Positions 56,370-64,000 of a stretch of DNA of 64,000 nt are shown here, one piece after another (within the stretch, counting starts at the first letter, position 1; every line of letters starts with the position of its first letter). Origin of the DNA: the human T2T-CHM13v2.0 reference genome, Homo sapiens. The DNA lies in the NCBI RefSeq assembly GCF_009914755.1, contig NC_060925.1. One strand, written 5' to 3'. The translations under genes and the position numbers were made by a program. A model generated the notes under the pieces. The model was not told the DNA's origin. It did no database searches and worked only from the letters and a program-made list of their open reading frames with translations.

Positions 56370-57230
56370 TATGCCTAAACAATTCTGGGAATGGAGATGC
56401 CATTAGCAGTAACAGTGAAGATAGGAAGGGAAACTCATCTGGGAGGGAGAGATGGGGGAGTCACGTTTAGAAAAGTTGAGTTTGAGGCCAATGCCTGCAA
56501 ACACAGGTATGTAGGAGGCAGGGAAGTGGCAGAAAGAGGTGGTGAAGCCTGAGAAACCAATCAGGTGATATGGAAATAAATGGGCAAGCACAGAATCCTG
56601 GTGACCGTGCACATTTAGGACATAAGGGAGGCAGGAGAGAAGTTTGACCGGCCAGACCAGAGAACTCAGATAGTACGGTGGCATGGAGACAACCAGAAGA
56701 AAACCGAGAAGAAAGAGAGTGATGTGTCAGATGCAACCAAGAGAGGGTGATTTTGTGGAAACAGTTTTAAGCGGGTGCTGGTCTGCCAGCCAGATTGCAA
56801 GGGTGGGTGGGGGCATTACTGGATACTTGGTTGAAGTGTTTGACAGTGAGGGAAGTTTGAGAAGCTATGCTGTCTTAAGGGGGAGGGAGATAACTTTTGA
56901 GAGAGCCAGGCTGATTCCAGGGCAGGTCTGAGGTTGCCCCGAAAGAAAGATGATTGATGCAACAATTAATGCAACGGTGGCCTAGAGGAGGCAGCATACC
57001 GGGGAGGAAGCACAAGACAGAGAAAGGGAATGATCGGCTTTGAAAAGGAACAGAGAAAGCTTAATGGGCAAAGACAAGAATCATGAAGATGCAGAGGAGG
57101 GAAGCTAAGGGAGCTGTGCTGGTGACTTTGATCTTTGTAATGTAGGAAGTGTCATCGTTTGCCGCAAATGATGGATGGGGACTGAAGACTTGAAGAGGTG
57201 GGAAAGGGTTCAGAACAGCCCTATTGGGAC
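56370..57230 (-). mobile_element. Diverged L2 fragments
   Basis: ggagatgccattag...gttgagtttgaggc...gagaactcaga; purine-rich L2-like composition. Confidence 0.5.
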
Positions 57231-59359
57231 ATCCAAGAAGAGATTTAATTCTTAAAAGCCTTTTTGGCGCATAATACATTTCCATTGGTTAAGACATCAT
57301 ATAGCTCAGGAGAAGGGACTGGAGGGAAGAACACTGGATGAGGTGTCAGGACATTCAAGTGTCATTTTCTGCTCCTCCATTAGCTAATTAATATATTGGA
57401 CATGTCGCCTGGCCTCTTGCAGCCTGGGCTTCTCCTGCTGCAAAGAAAGAGGATTATAATAGATCTTCCATTGTCTTTTTAGGCAGGAACATTCTAAGAG
57501 TCTACTAAGTAGCTTAATCATTAGCAGAGATTGGCTTATCTGATTAAAACTCTTCATTAGCTATAGTCAGAGAGCAGAGCTTTGAGGAATTGAGACCAGG
57601 AACAATAAGGAATCTAGCATGTGCATGTATGTGAGCATATGTGTGCATGTAAACAGGTGCTCTTTCTGAGAGTAGATTTTGGTATTTGAGCAGGGGATGG
57701 AAAGACTAGCTACATGAGTACAACTTGCTCCATGAGACAGAACCCCAGATGATGTGATGGCATAAAAGGAGGTACAGAAAGATGCCAAAGAGAAGCTGTG
57801 CATCTTCCAAGCTTTGCCTGGGGCTGGTCTCAGTCCCTGTGTTTCTGTGTTAAATCTCAATGCCCAGGAATGAGCTGAGCCATGTCACCCATTGTTGGTT
57901 CAGAATGTCTATCCTTGGGTAGGAGATTAAGCCTGAGAGGTCATGTTTAATACCTTAAGGCCAACCCCACCTTGGTCCTTGACCAAGCAAGTTTAGTCCT
58001 GCCTTGTTGATGCATAACGACTCTGCTGAGAACTGGAGTTATGTTTGAGAAAACGGTGTTTTAATTTTGCTCTGTTCTGCTCATTTTCATCTAACACTCC
58101 ATCCAACCAAAACCCACACCTCTTCTGATTAGAGGACCAGAGATGCCATACTCCCCCATCCCCCCATAGCTGCCCAGCACCGCCATGGTGAGTCTGGTGG
58201 GCTGGCCACTTCACAGGAGAAGGCTCCAGCATGTCCCTCTTCCTCAAGAGCCCTCAGGCTGCAGGAGAGGGCAGTGTCTTTGCCTGGAGGTACTGTCCTG
58301 CATATAACCTGCCCTCCTGTAAAACTGTGGTTCATCCTTTGCATTCCAACAGCCAAATTTCAGTCCACATAGAAGCCAAAGAATCTGGAGATGCTAACAA
58401 TCTGATGAGGAAAAACACCAGCAAAGAGGAGTATGCATATTTGTCTGGGTTTTGTGTGCAGGTCATTAGCAGCACCAAAACATCACCAGGTAAACCAACT
58501 GGTGTATATGGAGGCATCATGTGCCCAGGCCACAGAAAATGGTGAAATTCCAGGAGGCTGCACAAGCCATAACTAGCAGTGCATATGGATTAAAACTGAT
58601 GCCCTCAAGTTCAGATGCTTTCAGACCAAGTATTAAAACATAGCGCTCTGCTTCCTCCCAAGAGGAGGCGCTGACTCTTCCCCCAGGGCACAAACAGTAT
58701 TATTTAAGGCTTACCCATACCCTGTCAGTTTCTCGAGAGTCATGATTCACCTTAGGCTGAGTACATTCCAGGACTGTCTTAAATCCACTGCATGAAATTA
58801 TTCAGACCTTTGAGAGTTATTCGGGACCTCTAAGGAAATGGAAGTGAGGTAGAAATGCCGATTTAGGTGTCTGATTACTGAGATGGTGATGATGGGTGGG
58901 AAAAGTGAGCTGGATCATGACCTGACTCTTACCAGCTCTCAGACTGCTTCAGAGTAGATCAGACACATCTCAAAGAAGCCTCCACCACCCCATTCCAGCC
59001 CCAAAAGGCAACTTTTGTTCACCTCCTGATTCTTTATCCTAACCAGAGGAATAATTTCCCAGTGCAAAACACTAATTTTGTTTTTAAACACAACTTCACA
59101 ACTCTCATGTTTTCTCCTAGCTCTACACACTGCCTCCAGAAATAACTTTACAACAAAGATTCAAGCAATTCACAGGAGGCAAACAAATATAAGATAGCAT
59201 ATAATATTTATAACCCAATAAAGTTATTTATTCTCCTAATAGGTTATCAAAATAGATACTCTGCCATCTGTAGCATGTCATACACATTCTGCAGAGTGGT
59301 GGCTCTTGGTCCATGCCTTACACCTTCTCAAGCACAGTACACTCTCTACTGTAACCCCT

Positions 59360-60089
<730 letters not shown>

Positions 60090-61289
60090 CCCTCTTTCCA
60101 GAATAGCATATCCTAGTGCAGGGTCCCATACACACTCAGTCTTTTCCATGTTACAAATGTGTTTCTGTCCTCTGCATACCTGAAGTCCCTCTTTAGTGAC
60201 ATGCAGTTCTGAATGAGATGTTCAGCACCATGACCTTGGTCAACTTTCAAAGGGGAGAACGAGAGGAATGAGTACATTCTGTATTCCCGTTGATGCTCTG
60301 GAGTCAAACAGAACCAAGTTAAAACAGTGCCTTAGCCGCTCACTGATTTGTATCCTTGGGATATTAACTCTCAGAACCTCAGCTGTCCAATATACAAAAG
60401 AGAAATAACCTTACTGATCTCCACCATCATGATGGATATAAAAAGATATGTAACATCTACTGGCAGAGAGTGTGGTGTATGTATTGGGTGTCTAACCACC
60501 ACTTGCCCCTTTAATTCTCCATACTATCTCCTTTTCCTTTACCCACGGTCAACACCTAACTTCAATTATCTATAGATTATGTTCTTTCCCTGGAACCTAT
60601 GCTAGTCAGGAGCATGACTGGGGCTTCGGCCGCATGTGAATGGTGGCAGCGTTTTCTGACCCAAAGTCCAGGAATCCATATGGATGATCTGGAAAGGGCA
60701 AGTGGGTTGGGACACGTGAAGTGTGAATTGCTTTGGGACGTTTGGGGCATGTAGTTGGCCTTACGCGTGTGAAAGCCTTTTCTGCAAGTCTCCCCCCCTT
60801 TCCTCTACATCACTGCCTAAAAATAATGTCACACATAAATTCACTGAGCAAGTATTTAATGAGTAGAAAAGATAAACAAAGCCTGAAATGGATTGTTTGG
60901 AAGACAAGTTACACTTGCAAATGGCCATAAACAAAAGCTTTCTTCTAAGCTCCTCATTTTGCAAAACCTTTTTGGTTTGTTGGCCAGGTCCTGGGATGGT
61001 GTACTCATCAGTAATCAATAAATGGGAAAGTTTTCATCAGACCCTGTCTTTCATGCAGTCTAGGAAAAAGGGGCAGGAGTTGAGGGATGGGGGAAGCTGG
61101 AACTCTAGTTTCCAGAGCAGCTCTCAACTGTATCCCATTTGGACGCAATTAGATGCACTTAAGCCTCTAAAATGTGGGTACTTTAAGCACTGCCACTTGG
61201 ACTAAGCAAGCTCCATGAGGGAAAAGTTCTACCTGCCTTGTACCGCAAAGTAGGTGGTCAAATAAGATTTGTTGAATGAGTGGCCTAAA

Positions 61290-61810
61290 AACTAGTCCAC
61301 CCAAGAGAAATAAATATATATCCACACAAAGACTTATAGGTGAATGTTCATAGCAGCATTCTTCACAGCAGCCCCAAACTGAAAGCAATCTGCATGTCCA
61401 TCGATAGATGAATGGATAAGCCAAATTTGGTATATCCATACAATGGAATTCTCTTCAGGCATCAAAAGAATGAACTGCTGACACACGCTACAACGTGGAT
61501 AAACCCCAAAGACATGATGTTAAATGAAAGAAGTCAGATGTGAAAGTCTGTATATGTATATGAAATGTTCAGGATATGCAAATTATTATAGAGACAGAAA
61601 ACACATTCATGGTTGTCTAGGGTTGAGGCTGGGAACAGGGAGAACTTCAAATGGGCACAAGAACTCGTTTCGGCATGATAGAAATGTTCCAAAATGATAC
61701 TATGGTAATGGTTTCACAATTCAAATTTGCTAAAACTTACTGAGTTGTGTACTTAACTGAATTTTATAGTATGAGAATTATATCTCAATAAAGCTGTAAA
61801 CAAATAAAAT
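61290..61810 (+). mobile_element. L1MB/L1ME-type 3' end
   Basis: atccacacaaagact...gaatgttcatagcagc...attatatctcaataaagctg. Confidence 0.8.
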
Positions 61811-62556
61811 AACTCTATAGACCTTACTGAAATAGATGTCAGTTGCAAGGCATCATCTCCCATTTCCTGTGCAATTCTATCTCCTTTACATTTGAAAGGC
61901 TTGGGTCACACCAGCCAGCTGGTGGTCTTTGATCCCCGCTCTGGGTCCCTTACCCTAAAGAAAGGACTTGAGCACTTTCTAAGGGTAAACTCTCTGGAGA
62001 CTTTTTCAGAAAGGACTCAACAAGGGTCCACTTATTCTCGGGGAAGCTCATAAAAGAAACATTATTGGTCTCTTGAAAGTTCAAAAGGGCCATTTTATGA
62101 GATGAGAATGAATGACTTTCCATTCTTTCTTGCTTTTCATTGTAGAAGTGACTTACATTAAGTTAAAAAAAAAAAAAAAAGCACCCAATTCATCATTTTC
62201 TCAGGCCTAAGCAGTGGACAGCTCATGGGACTAAGGATGTGCCTTGGTACCCGAATGAGTTGGTAGCTAACCTCGACCTTCAGCTCACCCATTGTGACCT
62301 GAGTTTCCTTCTGCTGTGCAGACATTGCCTCTAGGTACTACTTCTGCTTAACCAAAGAGTGTGAATCCTTTCTCTCTTTGGTCAAGAGTCTTTGGTCACA
62401 AGCAAAAAGTGTGATTTTGCAGGTGGCGGGTTTATTGCCTGACAGCCCTCAGGACACTAAGACAGGGCTAAAATGGAAGCTCACACACAGGCGTGGTTAC
62501 ATCTCACCATGCCATGGAGTATATAAAGTGCACAAAAGAACACTCCCCCTGCACTG

Positions 62557-62565
62557 GCGTGCGCG

Positions 62566-62608
<43 letters not shown>
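62557..62608. repeat. Alternating purine-pyrimidine tract (GC/CA)n microsatellite
   Basis: gcgtgcgcgcacgcgcgcacacacac...acgtgc. Confidence 0.9.
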
Positions 62609-63006
62609 TCAATGGAAGCAACTCAGGCAACAGAACTGGGATGAACCCGCCTGTCCTCCAGCATTTATGGATGAATTAAGTAGCATAAACAGAATTTAGA
62701 GGTGACACAGCTTCAGGGAGATGTTTGAATCCACAATTACAGCGTCTGTCAGCACGAGCATTGGGCCAGAGTGTATAATCTACTTTGCATTGCTCCCAGA
62801 ACTGCTGGCTAAAGTACAAGATTAGAATTTAAGGCACAAGATGGTCATAAACAGAGGGATTGTTAGTGGGGAAGGGGTGTTGGAGAGTGAAGGTGAGGGT
62901 GACATAAATAGTATTTCTAGTTGTGTACTAATGGTCCCAGGAGCTGTGGCAGTAAACAGTGTGAGACAAATTTTGGCATCGATTTCCTTGAGGCACTGCC
63001 TCTTTC

Positions 63007-63313
63007 TTTCTTTTTTTTTTTTTTTTTTTTTTGAGATGGAGTCTAGCTCTGTTGCCCAGGCTGGAGTCCAGTGGCGCAATCTCGGCTTACTACAAGCTCC
63101 GCCTCCCAGGTTCACGCCATTCTCCTGCCTCAGGCTCCTGAGTAGCTGGGACTACAGGTGCCCCCCACCACGCCCGGCTAATTTTTCGTATTTTTAGGAG
63201 AGACGGGGTTTCACCATCTTAGCCAGGATGGTCTCGATCTCCTGACCTCGTGATCCGCCCGCCTCGGCCTCCCAAAGTGCTGGGATTACAGGCGTGAGCC
63301 ACCGTGCCCGGCC
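63007..63313 (-). mobile_element. AluY, full length
   Basis: Y diagnostics; perfect 15-bp TSD ggcactgcctctttc at 62992-63006 and 63314-63328. Confidence 0.95.
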
Positions 63314-64000
63314 GGCACTGCCTCTTTCAACTGTGATAAAAGAGTGAAATCAAACAAAGGCAACACTTGACCTGAAATTTTGGAGGTGGGGGGCAGAATT
63401 AAACAAAAGTTTCCTACACTTAGAAGATTTGAAAGGCTTCTGAAAAGAGATATAGCTTCCTCATTGTAACTCCTTCTGTCTGAAACCTGTTTGAGCATCA
63501 ATTGGCCAGTTCATTGAAAATGACCCTAGAAATGATGTCAAGTGTGGGGTGCATTTGTTGCATTTCCAATAGTAGAAAATAAATGCATCTGCTAAGCAAA
63601 ATTATTGTGTCACTCTACATTTATTCTTCAACTAATTATATTACTTTGTTATGGATGTTGTGGCTTGCACTTCCTTAATAAAGTAGGATCAGTCCACATC
63701 TGAGTTTGCTCCAGTCCCTTCAGCAAACCTGGCAGTTTCTCCTGTGGCATGTCTAACCAAAGCAAGATGAGGCATTGCAGAGTGACGAGATGGCAGTGCA
63801 TTTCAGATCTCACCACCATCCTCACTGCCCCTCCAGGTCATGTGTATTCCTGACCCTGAACTTTGCTCCTATTTTACTTACTTTTATGTTCTATCCTCCA
63901 AGACCCAGGCCAACCACCTGCCTCTTCTGATTCTTTTCACTATTATCCCAATGCACACTGGCCACGCTCTCTGCAGAATTCCTGTTATATAGTCAGAATC

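Noticed and set aside
60221-60240. TTCAGCACC, a REST/RE1 left half-site
   Set aside because: No GGACAG right half at canonical spacing

Overview
Human (primate) genomic DNA, almost entirely intronic or intergenic and rich in transposons. The only supported protein-coding sequence is a 76-nt coding first exon (50108-50183, MKKHSARVAPLSACNSPVLTLTKVE-G|gt) in a CpG island. I recognise it from memory as the N-terminus of the short isoform of SLC35F3 (chr1q42, putative thiamine transporter), which would place the window inside a large intron of the long isoform. The rest is a repeat landscape: a full-length decayed L1PB with nested Alu and LTR insertions, a complete THE1 provirus about 2.3 kb upstream of the start codon, solo LTRs, about 14 Alus, L2/MIR/MER fragments and a 1.6-kb polypyrimidine/polypurine tract. 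I found no evidence of a new multi-gene system. The best leads are regulatory or mechanistic: an in-frame start-stop uORF; a perfect 4-unit heat-shock element with AP-1/RUNX sites beside the H-DNA-prone tract; a palindromic 30-bp direct repeat associated with two ARE motifs; and several DNA-repair or retrotransposition scars. Repeat subfamily names come from recalled consensus sequences and need RepeatMasker/Dfam confirmation.
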